Positions 26,770 through 40,640 of a stretch of DNA of 64,000 nt are shown here, one piece after another. The position numbers and the translations under genes were made by a program. The notes beneath the pieces were generated by a model. It made no database searches. It saw nothing but the letters and a program-made list of their open reading frames with translations, and was not told the origin of the DNA. Each line of letters begins with the position of its first letter. Position 1 is the first letter of the stretch. The DNA comes from Octopus vulgaris. Taxonomy: Eukaryota. The stretch is taken from the NCBI GenBank assembly GCA_951406725.2, contig OX597832.1:51832001-51896000 (forward strand). Reading direction: 5' to 3'.

Positions 26770-27163
26770 TTCTTCTTTCTTCAAATTTTCTTCCATTTCT
26801 CACCGAGTATTTTCCGTACACCTAGGGCAGAGAAGCTCATTGTATGCATTCCCAGGTTACACACGCAAATTCACAGGTAAAAATATGTATTTAAAAAATT
26901 AATAAATAAATAAATTCATGAATGGATGTTGTTTTCACAGTGATAATGCTCTTCTCAGTACATGAGTCGTTCCAGTTAACACGATTTTTTGCACTTCCTG
27001 TAGGGATGGTAAGCCTGGTATCATTTTCAAGTAGGTTTCAGTACCTTTTTTTTTTATCATTTCTAGAGATCCTACAATCACTGGTACTGTAGTCGCCTTG
27101 AGATGCCACATTTTAAAAATTTCTATTAGCAAATCTTTATATTTACTGATCTTGTCAAATTCT
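26770..27163 (-). mobile_element. R4/Dong-like 3' end fragment
   Basis: KISKYKDLLIEI..MWHLK..TVPVIVGSL...EVQKIVLTGTTHVLRRAL*, homologous to the end of the 29036-30505 ORF. Confidence 0.8.
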
Positions 27164-27509
27164 ATTATTGTTGTTGTTGTTGTCGTTGTCGTCGTCGTCG
27201 TCACCATCATCATCATCATCATCATCATCACCACCATCACCATCATCATCATCATCATCATCATCATTATTATTAGGTGGCAAGCTGGCAGAATTGTTAG
27301 CATGCTGGACAAAATGCTTAGAGGAATTTCGTCTGTCTTTATCATCTGAGTTCAAATACCTCTGAGGTCGACTTTGTCTTTCACCTTTTCAGGGTCAATA
27401 AATTAAGTACCAGTCAAACACTGGGACTGTGTAATCGACTTACCCGCTCCCACCAAGTTTTAGGCCTTGTACCTATAGTAGAAAGGATTATTATTATTAT
27501 TATTGCTAT

Positions 27510-28760
27510 TTACCAAATGTTCTGCCATGTTCTTCTTTCACTGTTGATGCACTCCCATATGCTAATCAGCCCACATGTATCTTTACCCGTCTTCATGTAG
27601 GGCTTGTGTACATTTGCCTTAGGTTGGAGGGCACCATACATTGTCATTGTCTTTTGGATAGTGTGATTGAGTTGGTTAATCTCTGCTTGTATCCATTATA
27701 GGATGGGTGCAGTATAGCAGTTTAGGTGCAGTATAGCAGCCCATATGTTGATGGCAGTTACAAGGTTCCTTGAATTGAGTTTTGATTTCAAGAGAAGCTT
27801 GATGTGCTTCAGATATGCAGTGGTGACCTTGTCTTTCATTTCTCTGTGCAAGATATCGTCCAACTCCAGGATCCCAAGGTACTTGTACCCATCAACATCT
27901 GGGTCTTCCATTCTGTCTCCGTTTGGCAATTCTATGCCCCTACAATCTGCTCTTTTCCTCTGTTTCAAAGTGAGCACCATATACTTCGAGATACCAAATT
28001 CCATCTCTATATCCTTGCTATACATCTGCAGAGTCTCAACCAGCCTCTCCATTTCAGGCTCTGTTTTTGTGAACAGTTTTAAATCATCCATGAGGAGAAG
28101 GTGCTTGAGACGAGATCCATTCCTTCGCAGTTCATAGTGTGCATTGACTTTGCATAGGACTACAGAAAGTGGGATCAAGGCTATAACATATAACAATGGT
28201 GAACGAGAGTCTCCTTGGAAGATACCTCTTTTGATTGTTACCTCGGCTAAGAGCTGGTTGTTACAATAACAGATGTGTTTTCCAACTAGGTACACTGTTC
28301 TTAATCAGTGTATACACACACTCCACTATTCCACACATTCCGATTGTTTCCAAAATCCATGAAAGCAGCAACATATCATAAGCCCTTTTAAAGTCTATCC
28401 AGGTCATGCACAAGTTGTTTTGGTACCATTTGCAGTTCTTCATTGCAACCTTGTCTATCACAAAGTGGTTCTTGGTGCCCTTGAATCCTTTTTGGCATCC
28501 TTTTATCTTCTACTGCAAGTAGATTGTTTTCTGCAAGAAGTGTATATATTTTTCCTGTGAGGATGCCTGCTAACACGTTCCAGAGGAGGTTAAGACAAGC
28601 AATGGGTCGGTAATTGCCAGCCTCATTGCCCTTTGACCGATCTTTCATTAAAAATGTTGTCTTTTCCTCTACAATCTACTCCGGAACTGCACTATTGTGC
28701 AGGCAAATATCTAATTGCAACCACTTGAGCCAGAGGAAGTAGCCTTGAATTGCTTTTATT
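27510..28760 (-). mobile_element. Decayed R4/Dong-like RT fragment (different family)
   Basis: NYRPIACLN, WIDFKRAYD, RGIFQGDS.SPLL, HLLLMDDLKL and YKYLG motifs across frameshifted ORFs; (TAA)n flanks. Confidence 0.85.
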
Positions 28761-28787
28761 ATCACTATTATTATTATGATTATTATG

Positions 28788-28819
<32 letters not shown>

Positions 28820-28821
<2 letters not shown>

Positions 28822-30553
28822 TATGTTTGACTTTTGCTTTATATTTGTACAAGTTGGCTCCAAGTCTCACCCAGAGACCTCAAGAGACAACAGGGTTGGA
28901 AGTTCATGTTGTTGTTATGCCTAGTGTGCCATATATTTGGGGGTGGGGATGTTGTACTAATGAATGTCTAAAAAAAAAAGGTTTTTTTTTTTTTTTTTTT
29001 TAAACCGAAAATTATGTTTGTTTTAAACCTTGAGATTACATAGAGAGTATTTTGCGTAGGATATGAGCAGTTCCCATGAGCACTATCTTTTGAACTTCTG
29101 CCATTTTTGGGTTTCCTGGTATCTGAGTTAGGTAGCTATCAGCCCCTTTTGCTATCATTCCCAGGGCACCTATGACAACAGGTATTGTTTTAGTCTTCAG
29201 CTTCCACATTTTGCTGATTTCTATTTCAAGATCTTTATATTTGCTCAGTTTTTGGTAGGTCTTGACAGATACGTTTATATCGATTGGGACAGTCATATCA
29301 ATGAGGAGGCATGTTCTTTGTTTGAAGTTTTTCAATATGATGTCTGGCCTATTTGCATCTATCTTCCTGTCAGTTTGAATGGTGAAGTTCCAGAGGAGTG
29401 AGATGTGGTCATTTTCAAGCACTGGGGGTGGTTTGTGTTCCCACCAGTTTTTTTCATGGGGCAAATCCAGGTTTTTACAGATTACCCAGTGAATATATTG
29501 TGCAGTTCTATCGTGCCTGTTGAGATACTCTGTAGGCGCTAGAAGACTGCACTTGGAGACCACATGGTCAATGGTTTCATTTTGTTGCTTGCATACACGA
29601 CATGTTGGACTGCTTCTGATCTTTAATATGTTGGCCTGGTAGTTTCTTGTTGGTAGGCATTGATCTTGAGCTGCTATGATAAACCCCTCTGTTTCAGATT
29701 TTAAGCCAGAGGCCATTAGCCATTGATGGGTCAGGGCTTTGTCGATATCTGCATTATTCGCTCTCTTTGGGTATTTGCCATAGAGAGGTTTTTCTTGCCA
29801 TTTATTATTCAGAATATCTAAGGCCGCAGTTTTGGCATGGGTTTTCATGTGCCTAGCTTTTTCTGTGCTTGTTTCTTGTATATCTATCTCTAATTCCGAA
29901 ATTGGTTGTATTCGGAATTCACTTAGATATTCCTTTGCCTGTTTTGTGACTGAGTATGATGCTTTCTTGTTTTCATGTTTTGAGACAAGTTTTAACATCC
30001 AGTCCTCAGAGTTTTTCAGGTAGGTGTCTAGGCCAATTGTAGCAATCTTCATTGTTATTGCCAGTTGCAAAAGACCACGGCCTCCCTCTTTTCTTGGCAG
30101 ATAGAGTCGTTCTGTATCTGCCTTAGGGTGGTGCATTCTATGCATTGTCAACAGTTTCCTTATTTTTCTGTCGAGCTGACATATTTCAGTAATTGACCAG
30201 TTAACAATATTGAAACTGTAAGTCACGACTGGTATAGCTAATGCATTGATTGCTTCGATCCTGTTTCTTGCATTCAGCTCTGTCTTGAGTATTGCTCTCA
30301 TTCTTCGATAGCATTCTCTCCTGATCCTTTCCTTCATCTCTGAATGCCTTATTCCGTTCCCTTCAATTATCCCTAGGTACTTGTAGCTCTCCGCTGGGTC
30401 TAGTTCTTTTATGACATTCTGTTGGTCAAGGTTAACGTTAGATGTTTCTGTCATTTTTCCTTTGATAAAGGTAGCCTTTGCACATTTATCGAGGCCGAAT
30501 TGCATTCTGATGTCGTCACTGAATTGTTTGACTATCGCTAGTAAGCCCTTGAG
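28820..30553 (-). mobile_element. R4/Dong-clade non-LTR retrotransposon, 5'-truncated, open 489-aa ORF remnant
   Basis: RT C-terminal part (FGLDKCA, YKYLG), CCHC knuckle CRVC..ETIDHVVSKC and restriction-like endonuclease RPDII..IDMTVP..KLSKYKDL. Flanked on both sides by (TAA)n. Confidence 0.9.
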
Positions 30554-30576
30554 TTGTTATTATTATTATTATTATG

Positions 30577-30618
<42 letters not shown>

Positions 30619-30631
30619 GTTATTATTATTA

Positions 30632-30800
30632 TCTCAAGGTTTGTTGTCAACTCCTGGAGTCTTGCATATGCAGCAGGCTTGCTGCCTACAGCCTATGGTA
30701 CCATGTTATCTGTTTTAATACTTTTCTGATTATTTTGGCCATGCCAAGGCAAACCTTTTGTAATAGTTCTAATTTCCGCAAATGCTGCCCTCTGGTATTT
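30632..30800 (-). mobile_element. R4/Dong-like extreme 3' end
   Basis: LELLQKVCLGMAKIIRKVL followed by a (TAA)n tail. Confidence 0.55.
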
Positions 30801-32126
30801 TTGTTGAAATTTGGCTGCTCCTGTAGGCCTAAGGGAATGAAGAGGAGGGCTGGCCTTCCTGAAGTGTTCTTGGTGATCAGGACGTCTGGGATTTGTGGGG
30901 TTCCTTGACTGTCTCTGGGTGGAACTCCCAAATTTTGGGGAATTTTATTGTTATTATTTTTCTGTTTACACATGCTACATGTAAATACCCACTGTCCTTT
31001 ACTTCGTATCATCCTTTCTGTTTGTGCATAACTTTTGTGGCCAATAAAGAAAGGAATTATAATTACAATAATCATTATTGAGTGAGAGAGCAGTGCATGC
31101 CTTCAAAGTGACACTGGGGTAAAATATATGAAGCCCATTATACCCATCATGACTACTCGTCTGATAAGGGTACACTAGGCACATGCATCACAACCACATG
31201 TGCGCGACATGGTGATCTCATATCAAGATAAACAGCTCATGACCTTGCAGGTGAGGCTCAGTTAGAATTTTCATCAGGTCGAGTAACCCACCCCGCTCAA
31301 AAGATCCCTGAACAAAGTTTGTTTAAGGATGATGAACGAAACACCCATGTTTCCAAGGGTTAATTATCCAAACCCCAAAGAATTCCTTCTTTTTCTTCTT
31401 CTTCTTCTTATCATTATTATTATTATTACTATTGTTGATTTGTTGTTATTATTAAAGCTGCAAACTGATAGTTTCAAATTCCGCCGAGGTCAACTTTGCC
31501 TTTTATCCTTTCAGGGTCGATAAAATAAATACCAGTACTGGGGTTGATGTAATCAGCTAACTCCTCCCCCAAATTTCAGACCTATAGTAGAAAGGATTAT
31601 TATTATTATTACTGTTGTTGTTTGTAATAAGGCGGTGAGTTGGCAGAATCGTTATCACGCTGAACAAAAAGCTTAGCAGCATTTCATCCGTCTTTATGTT
31701 CGGTGTTCAAATTCTACCGAGGTTGACTTTGCCTTTCATCCTTTAAGGGTCAATGAAATAAGTAGTAGTTAAGTACTGTGGTTGATGTAATCAACTAGCC
31801 CCCCTACCCCAAAATTTTAGGCCTCGTGCTTATAATAAAAAGGATTTGGGGTCGATGTAATTGGCATATCCCTTCCCTGAAATTGCTGGCTTTGTGCCAA
31901 AATTTGAAATTAACATTATTATTATCATAAAGGCGATGAGCTGGGAGAATTGTTAGCACACCCTGTCTTTATGTTCTGAGTTCAAATGCTGCCAAGGTCG
32001 ACTTTGCTTTTTGTTCTTTCGGGGTCAGTAAATTAAGTACCAGTGAAACACTGCGGATCAGTGTAGTCAACCTACTCCTTCCTCTAAATTTTAGGCCCTG
32101 TACCTATAGTAGGAAGGATTATTATA

Positions 32127-32162
<36 letters not shown>

Positions 32163-32329
32163 CAACAAAATTGCAAATGAAACTCAAGTGCTGAGAGTTT
32201 TAGTGTAGGACATTCATTAAATGTACAATGAATGAAAATCGGCCCTTGAATCACTTTTGTATGTTTTCAGTCGACTTACAGACAAACAGCCTTAGGGCTG
32301 AAACATGTAAAAAAAAAAATAAAAGAATA

Positions 32330-32418
<89 letters not shown>

Positions 32419-32450
32419 CATATACATATATATATATATATACATACATA

Positions 32451-32513
<63 letters not shown>

Positions 32514-32763
32514 ACGGCAAGACAACAAAAGAAAAGAAACCTCGATATTATATTCTTTTACTTGTTTTCAGTCATTTGACTGCGGCCATGCTGGAGCACC
32601 GCCTTTAATCAAGCAACTTGGCCCCGGGACTTATTCTTTGTAAGCCCAGTACTTATTCTATCGGTCACTTTTTGCCGAACCGCTAAGTGACGAGGACATA
32701 AACACACCAGCATCTATTGTCAAGTGATGTTGGATGGGACAAACACAGACACACAAACACACA

Positions 32764-32838
<75 letters not shown>

Positions 32839-33138
32839 GACGGGCTTCTTTCAGTTTCCGTCTACCAAATCCACTCACAAGGCTTTGGTCGGCCCGAGGC
32901 TATAGCAGAAGACACCTGCCCAAGGTGCCACGCAGTGGGACTGAACCCGGAAACATGTGGTTGGTAAACAAGTTACTTACCACACAGCCACTCCTACACC
33001 TAAAATGTAAATAGAGGAATTTATTTGTAAATATAATATGTGACAATTATTCGGTAGCCATGATAAAACTCCAAGTTTCAGATGCCGGGGCGGAAACCCA
33101 CTTTTTTATTCACATTCATGAATGTATTTCAGCTGATC

Positions 33139-33188
<50 letters not shown>

Positions 33189-33195
33189 GCTGGAA

Positions 33196-33257
33196 GACTT
33201 GACTGATGAGAAATCACACGCCTAGGTGGCGTTAAATTTCGAAACCGGTACTGAGTT
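33196..33257 (+). ncRNA. Penelope-type hammerhead motif
   Basis: CTGATGA-GAAAT[ACGCC..GGCGT]ATTTC-GAAA-CCGGTA with an imperfect stem I. Confidence 0.65.
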
Positions 33258-33735
33258 GACCAGCATTAATTTGTTCTGACCCATTTGAGGTAAGACATTA
33301 TTATTGTTCACTGATATTTTTTCCTATCTTGTCTGTAATGGATTTGTGACTATTCGGTGGTACAGAAGTATTTTTCGACTTCTATCATTGGCGATATAGG
33401 TACCCATGTAGTACCCTTATGTATATATGTACATATTTAATATTGTATGTATATATTTTATTAATTTGCCTGTACGGCTAATAATTCGCTTACCACTTGT
33501 GATGGTATTTTAATAATACCATCCCTATATTTATTTATATATATATATATATATATACCGGAGTAAACACATAAATGTGAAACAAGGTGGAAAAAAGAGT
33601 ACTCAAATACCAGGGGTAGAGTAATATGCTTTATTTAAAAGCAGCAGAAATTCAACAAAACCTGTTACTCTGAGTTTCACGTTCCCGTTCGTCGGACAGT
33701 TTATATATAGAGAGAGAGATGATGATGATGATATA

Positions 33736-34250
33736 TCTATATATATAAAACTGTAGTTGTGTGAGTGTCTGTCTCCTACGATTTAGATTCCTAACTCCTC
33801 CCACATTTTGCGGTGCAGTTTAACCAAATTCGGGTATCTTATAGTCGTGATTAATATCAAGCCCGTCTGGCTATTAGCGCGCGTCTACGATGAGTCTACG
33901 ATTTTAAAAATAATTTAACATCATTTTTTATTCCATTTTAATGCATAAGTTTTCGTGTGTCGATGGCGGCGGAGTTGGCGTCCACGCTCAAACACCTGCA
34001 CCTGTTTGCTTCTCCCCCTTCTTCCCTCCCTCGTGAAGCTGTGGGGAAGGGAGTGTAAGGAAATCAACGTCGTAATGCGTTGTCAAGGAGACCAGCGTTC
34101 TTTTAGAACAACGACTTCATGGCTTGAAGACACCAAAACAGAAATGGCTAAGAAAGCCCGAATTGGCATCTATAAAGGAAGTAACTCTCTAAAAATGCTT
34201 ATATAGTTATTTCCCTTACAAACCCGAGCAACGCCGGGCGATACTGCTAG
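33736..34250 (+). mobile_element. Non-autonomous Helitron, same family
   Basis: TC...hairpin-CTAG; highly similar to 9267-9772. Confidence 0.85.
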
Positions 34251-34313
<63 letters not shown>

Positions 34314-34622
34314 GGAGAGAGAGAGAGGGGGAGGGAGAGAGAGAGGGAGAGAGCTAGAGAAAGAGAGAGATCGAGATCAGTGAATGAAAAAAAAAGTCGT
34401 GGCAATGAACACCACGCTGCGAAACACTAAACCCACAACACGGGTACCCCATAAACTCGTACAGCTGAAGGTCAAGGTGCTCACTGCTGTCTTTATAACA
34501 AATTGTGTTGGCTCTGAAAAATACAAGGGAAATAACTCTATTCGAACTTATTTGTCCTAGTCAGATAGGCAATAAATTAGACGATCTGAGATGCAGGCAT
34601 TCCAGTTTTTGTTATCTTTTAG

Positions 34623-34739
34623 ATGGTATTGTTGTTACGTTACTGCTGCACGCTGATCTCTCGGGTCTCTTTCTTCGTGTGCATTCTTTGCACTGCTTTT
34701 AGACTGAACGTTGTCATTTCTCACGCCGAAAGCAATAAC
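34623..34739 (+). CDS. TP53I3: Candidate upstream coding exon of the PIG3-like gene (signal-peptide-like leader)
   Basis: ATG..AAC = 117 nt (MVLLLRYCCTLISRVSFFVCILCTAFRLNVVISHAESNN), followed by a consensus donor GTAAGT at 34740. Phase 0 matches the phase-0 acceptor at 45535. It lies in unique, CpG-richer sequence. A pyrimidine-rich tract and AG directly precede the ATG. No homology support. Confidence 0.6.
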
Positions 34740-34847
34740 GTAAGTACCTTGATGTATCTAATTGTCAGCCCACCTTTAATAGATAAAGAAAAAATGAAAG
34801 AAATTATGGGAAGAAGAAAAAAGAGAGAAGGGAACTTTAAACGTGCT

Positions 34848-35152
<305 letters not shown>

Positions 35153-35976
35153 AAGTACATGACAAAGGAATATAGTGTAAAATTATCCACATTTAAAATA
35201 TCATACACACCTACACTACATACATAAGTATATATAACAAGGTGTTGAAACAAAATTGATAATAAACAAAATATAGAAACTAGTACACTCCCCTAATTAT
35301 ATATCGTACAAGGGAATACAGTTATTCTCCCCTTTAAAGCATTTTTCAGGTAAGCCGAAACCCGATATTACTGCGGATAATAACTAAACTGGTGTGCTAG
35401 AACAACCAGGAACCCTCACGTACATCTTACTATACTTTGGGTGTGTGTTTATGTGTAGCAATGTAAGATACCGTGAGCAACCGGTGAAGTCTGCTACTGT
35501 TTTAACGTATTTAGTTTCTGTTTAGCTCCAGGTCAGCTCTGGTAGGCCCATAGAGGCCCTAAGCACTTAAAAAGATTTTGGTGCTCCCATATATACGTAA
35601 TTCAAACTATAAATAATTATAAACCATACATTTTCTTTTCAGTTTTCAGAATGAAACAAAACTATGTTTATTTTTTATATAACCCCGCTTTATTTAAATT
35701 CAAAGTTTTCTCCTCACTATGACACCATGAACACTTCGAAATTATAATCTCAGAATCCATTTCAAATATAATTTCGGTATGTCTAAAGTGATTCCTTTTT
35801 TACTATAAATCATTTATCATTTCTGTGGTGCCCCTTGCTTCCCTTGAAGGCCCTAAGCACGCGCTTATTTTGATTAACGGCTAATTAAGCACGAGATATA
35901 CGAAACATATGCTGAAAGGCATTCTGATAGTGACCGACTCGTCCTTGTTTTATTACGCACACACACACTCAAATAA

Positions 35977-36017
<41 letters not shown>

Positions 36018-38514
36018 TCCTTTGGTGTATGTGGTTGCATTTTTATCTTATAAAGGTTCCCTACACACTAGATGTTGTTTTAGCCCCAGCGCCACCATAA
36101 TCAAGCAGATCTATGATCAAAAACATTCCGGTCGTGACCCTCCCATCATTTTTCAGATGTGTAGGAGTACCTTATTCCGTCTGGGTGTGATTAAGAGTGA
36201 TACTGATTGCTATTTCTTGCAGATCAAGTAACAACCACTTAGAGGTTCTCTCGCTGATTCTTTAAAGTACTTGACAACTTCTTGGGTAGATTTATCTTCA
36301 GCGTTCTAATCCAGCGAAGGTCAACATTGCATCCGCCCCGCTGGGGGTCGATAAAATACAATAGTCAAGTCATCAGTCTAATATATTTATAAAACACCCT
36401 GTATTTCTATAAAGAAGATTAATTCGTGGCCCATCTCCCCAATTTTGGGGTTTTGCTTCTGTGTAAGAATTTATTGTTTCCGTGTACGGAACTAAGCACT
36501 TTGGTCTGTCATATACCCTCCTCTGCCTACCGTAGAGTAGTTCCTTCCCCATTCCTCGAGCTAAGCAAGTGCTCGAAACTTAAGTACCCGACTAGGAGGA
36601 GGAGGCAGAGTAGTAATAATAATAGTAGTTGTTGTTGTTGTGCTCGACTACATCACGTACCACCAGTAGGCGAGATGATGATTTGGGCTTTGCGCTCGAC
36701 TGCTAGAAATAGCAGCCAAATTTCCTTCACCCCAACCAACCTCCGTCTTTTTTTTTTTTTTTTTTGAAGGATGCATTTAGTGCATTTAGACACGGTAACA
36801 TGGTATTACCAGCTATACCGAAGGGCGGAATGGTCAAAGCTGGAATGCCTTAGATCTGCTCAAAGATGACTTGGTGTTACACAAGCAAACAAACCACAAC
36901 CAGGCAGCCTCTACATGACCGCATGATTTATTAGAAACAGCAGCTAAACTTTTATACGGTCCTCTACCGTCTTAAATAAAACCCATAATAATAAAACACA
37001 TCGGATAATTCTGGTGTAACAGTACAGTGCTTTTGACAAGGTCCTGCAGGTTTCGCTCGATTAAACCTAAGTTAACATCAACCCGCGACAAATCGACAAT
37101 ATATGATACACTCTGGTTTCCACTGGGACCGTGTATATACATGATGTTCTGTTCAGTCGGTTCATGGGGTAATGCACCGAAAATGTTTTTTGGAAACTCT
37201 ATTAGAAATAACCTACTGTGGCCACCGAATTGAATGTTGAAGGACAGGTACATCCCTGAAAGGCAAAGTCGACCTCGGCGGAATTTGAACTCAGAACGTA
37301 ACGGTATTTCGTCTGCCGTTACGTTCTGAGTTCAAATTCCGCCGAGGTCGACTTTGTCTTTCAACCTTTCGGGGTCGATAAATTAAGGACCAGTTACGCA
37401 CTGGGGTCAGTATAATCGACTTGATCCGTTTTGTCTGTCCTTGTTTGTCCCCTCTATGTTTAGCCCCTTGTGGGTAGTAAAGAAATAGGTATGTATGGAC
37501 GAATGGATGACTGAAGGAGCGATGTTTAATTGTTAGGATGTTGCACTCTCGATCAAAAGATTGTGGTTTCGATTCCTAGATCGGGCGATGCATTGTTCAC
37601 TGTTGATGTTGAAATTCCAATGAAGGAGCCTTGGATCTAAGTTAGAAACCGGCTCAAGGCGGCGAGCTGGCAGAAGGTTTAGCACGCCGGGCGAAATGCG
37701 TAGCCGTATTTCGTCTGCCGCTACGTTGTGAGTTCAAATTCCGCCGAAGTCGACTTTGCCTTTCATCCTTTCGAGGTCGATAAATTAAGTACCAGTTACT
37801 CACTGGGGTAGATGTAATCGACTTTATCCCTTTGTCTGTCCTTGTTTGTTCCCTCTATGTTTAGCCCCTTGTGGCAATAAAGAAATATCTTTCTCTTTTG
37901 GCAAGAAATCTTGAAATAAAACTGAATAATGACACACACACACACACACGTACATGCAAACAAACAACATTAATCTATGTGAAAGGACGAAAGACTCAGC
38001 TTCAAATAAAATAAACTTTACTTCATGCATTAAGAACTTTTTTTCTCTCCTTTGTAAATGCAGACAACCTTGTTTTATATCCAAAGTCTCACTTTGTACA
38101 CAGCACACGTCTATCTCTTGCTCCCGTTCCGTTGACACCTGATTTGTTATGTCTTCAAATTCTGGCAATAAATGATAATAAAAGCCATGTTTGTGCTTTG
38201 CGGGAAACCAACAAGTTATGCTTATTTTGTATTCAAGCCAATGTTTATTATATTTGCAATGCATACTCCATATTTTGGCAGAAAAAGTGTCATCATTGTA
38301 AATGTTTATAAAACACAGCAGTTAGAAAAAAGGACGCCGAAGACTGTGCTTTCGGATTCTCTTGTTCAAGCCAGCAACGGAATCTTTTCATAGCGTTTCG
38401 TTCTGTTCGAAAGAAAAGCTGAATCACAACCTATTGTCTTAACCCCCCCCCCCAACCCCAGAAGAACGAAGGAAGGATATAATGTTCTCCAAGATAGGGT
38501 CCTGGAGAGCAATT

Positions 38515-39156
38515 GGATCTTTTCCTTTTGAACGGCAGTTTGTAACATAATTTCTAGTTAACTAAACACTTTTAAACTTCGTATACTGGTAGAATGTGTT
38601 CATAAAACATCATTTTCTCTTGGTTTTATTGAGAAAATTCTATAGTTTGTAAGATATTTCGTCTGAAAATCCGAGCATTTCGGCAATTTTAAACAATCGA
38701 TTACCTCCATTCAACTAAAATCATTTGCTGAGTCTAAAACTGAGACAACATCCTGTCACTAACCCTAAACTTCCCCCCTAACCCTAACCCTAAATTTTTT
38801 TTTCTTAATTGTTAAATTAATTTAATTCCATTGCTTTAGTTTTTTTACACGCGTAACAATTAAATTAATTTAACAATTAAGAAAAAAAAAATTTAGGGTT
38901 AGGGTTTGGGGGGAGGTTTAGGGTTAGTTACAGGATGTTGTCTCAGTTTTAGACGCAGCAAATGATTTTAGCTCAAAAGAGAGCATAGGATTGGTTAAAA
39001 TTCGAAAAATTAAACTACATTAAACAAACAAATTACAATTTTCTCAAGAAAGCCAAGACAAAAAAATGTTTTTATTTTGACACATTCTACCAGTATACGA
39101 AGTTTTAAAGTGTTTAGTTAACTAGAAATTGTCTGCCGTTCAAAAGGAAAAGATCC
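38515..39156. mobile_element. Related fold-back MITE with 8-bp TSD GAGCAATT
   Basis: TIR GGATCTTTTCCTTTTGAACGGCAG; almost the whole element is an imperfect palindrome. Confidence 0.88.
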
Positions 39157-39314
39157 GAGCAATTTTACAAGCCCACTTTCGCGATCCCAGGCTAGGGGAT
39201 ATCAGCTCAAAGTCCTTGGGGTATGGTTGGGATTTTTCTTTCCCTTTTTTTTTCTTTTTTTTTTTTACATGGGAAAGTCTGTTCGATATTCAGGGGTCCT
39301 GGATTCCTTTCTGG

Positions 39315-39811
39315 TACTACTTAAGAACAGTGGTCCCGGTGCACGCCCTCGCGTACTCGCACATCCGCGCTAGCTAGTCATCATCATCATCATCATCTAA
39401 CGTCTGCTTTCCATGCTAGCATGGGTTGGACGATTTGACTGAGGTCTGGCGAACCAGACTCCAATCTGATCTGGCAGAGTTTCTACAGCTGGATGCCCTT
39501 CCTAATGCCAACCACTCTGAGAGTGTAGTGGGTGCTTTTACGTGCCACCGGCACGAAGGCCGGTTTGGTGGTACTGGCAACGGCCATGCCCAAATGGTGC
39601 TTTTTACGTGCCACCTGCACAGGAGCCAGTCCAGCAGCACTGGCGACGACCTCGCTTGAATATTACTTTGTTTAACAAAAATTATTTACTTTGCGTAAGA
39701 AAATTATTTATTTTGTGTTTTATTTACTTTGTTTGGTAGTCGTTGTAAGATCGACTAGTCACGACTAGCTAGCGCGAGTGCACGCACCGGGACCACTGTT
39801 CTTCAGTAGTA
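39315..39811. mobile_element. Small TIR element with nested SINE
   Basis: TACTACTTAAGAACAGTGGTCCCGGTGC / GCACCGGGACCACTGTTCTTCAGTAGTA. Confidence 0.7.
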
Positions 39812-40145
39812 CCTTCCTTTCTTACAGGCCCTGTTCCCAGATTTACATGGCATGAAGAAAGGATGAGAAATAGTCAAGGCTACAAAACAATCTTTGGTAG
39901 CCTCTGCTTCTCAGTGCTGGCTGCTGTAAGTGCCATGTCCACCCATGCACTCATGGTTCTCTCTCGTTTCTACCCCCTCTCGACACCCCTACATTGTCTC
40001 CTTTCCACAGGCTCTGCACTAACCACATATACCTAGAGCTTCCTTCCTAAAATGTTGGCTCCCTGGAATTCCTTCTGTGTAGCCATCGACTCGAAACTGT
40101 TTTAGTTGAGCATTTATTGCATCGGGTTGTGTAAAAATTGTGTAG

Positions 40146-40376
40146 GAGGCGAGCTGGCAGAAACACTAGCACGCTGGGCGAAATGCTTAGCGGTATTTCG
40201 TCTGTCGTTACGTTGTGAGTTCAAATACCGCCGAGGTTGACTTTGCCTTTCATCCTTTCGGGGTTGATAAATTAAGTACCAGTTACGCACTGGGGTCGAT
40301 GTAATCGACTTAACACCTATGTCTGTCCTTGTTTGTCCCCTCTATGTTTAGCCCCTTGTGGGTAATAAAGAAATAG
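40146..40376 (+). mobile_element. SINE family A monomer with 15-bp TSD GGTTGTGTAAAAATT
   Basis: Full-length copy with a direct repeat at about 40125 and 40376. Confidence 0.9.
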
Positions 40377-40640
40377 GTTGTGTAAAAATTCGTTATGATC
40401 GACGGAGGCAGTATTAGTTCAGAAAGGCATTCTGTATGTCTTACTTAACATGGTTGTACTGCAAGAAAGCCAAAGTACTGCAGTACATCTTGAGAAAGCA
40501 TTTTATATACATGTATAGTATTTTAGATTGTCTAATGGAATTAAAAATTATTTTTATGCATTTGTTTACATTTACACTAATTAAATATTATTTTACTGAA
40601 TAATATAATTAAAATTTCTTTGATTAAAACCCTTTCTAAC

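Noticed and set aside
34380-34620. p53-responsive (TGYCC)n microsatellite as in the human TP53I3 promoter; nuclear-receptor-like AGGTCAAGGTG
   Set aside because: No TGYCC array is present, and a single short motif is not evidence of regulation.
37970-38460. Possible decayed transposase on the - strand
   Set aside because: No catalytic motif could be read with confidence.
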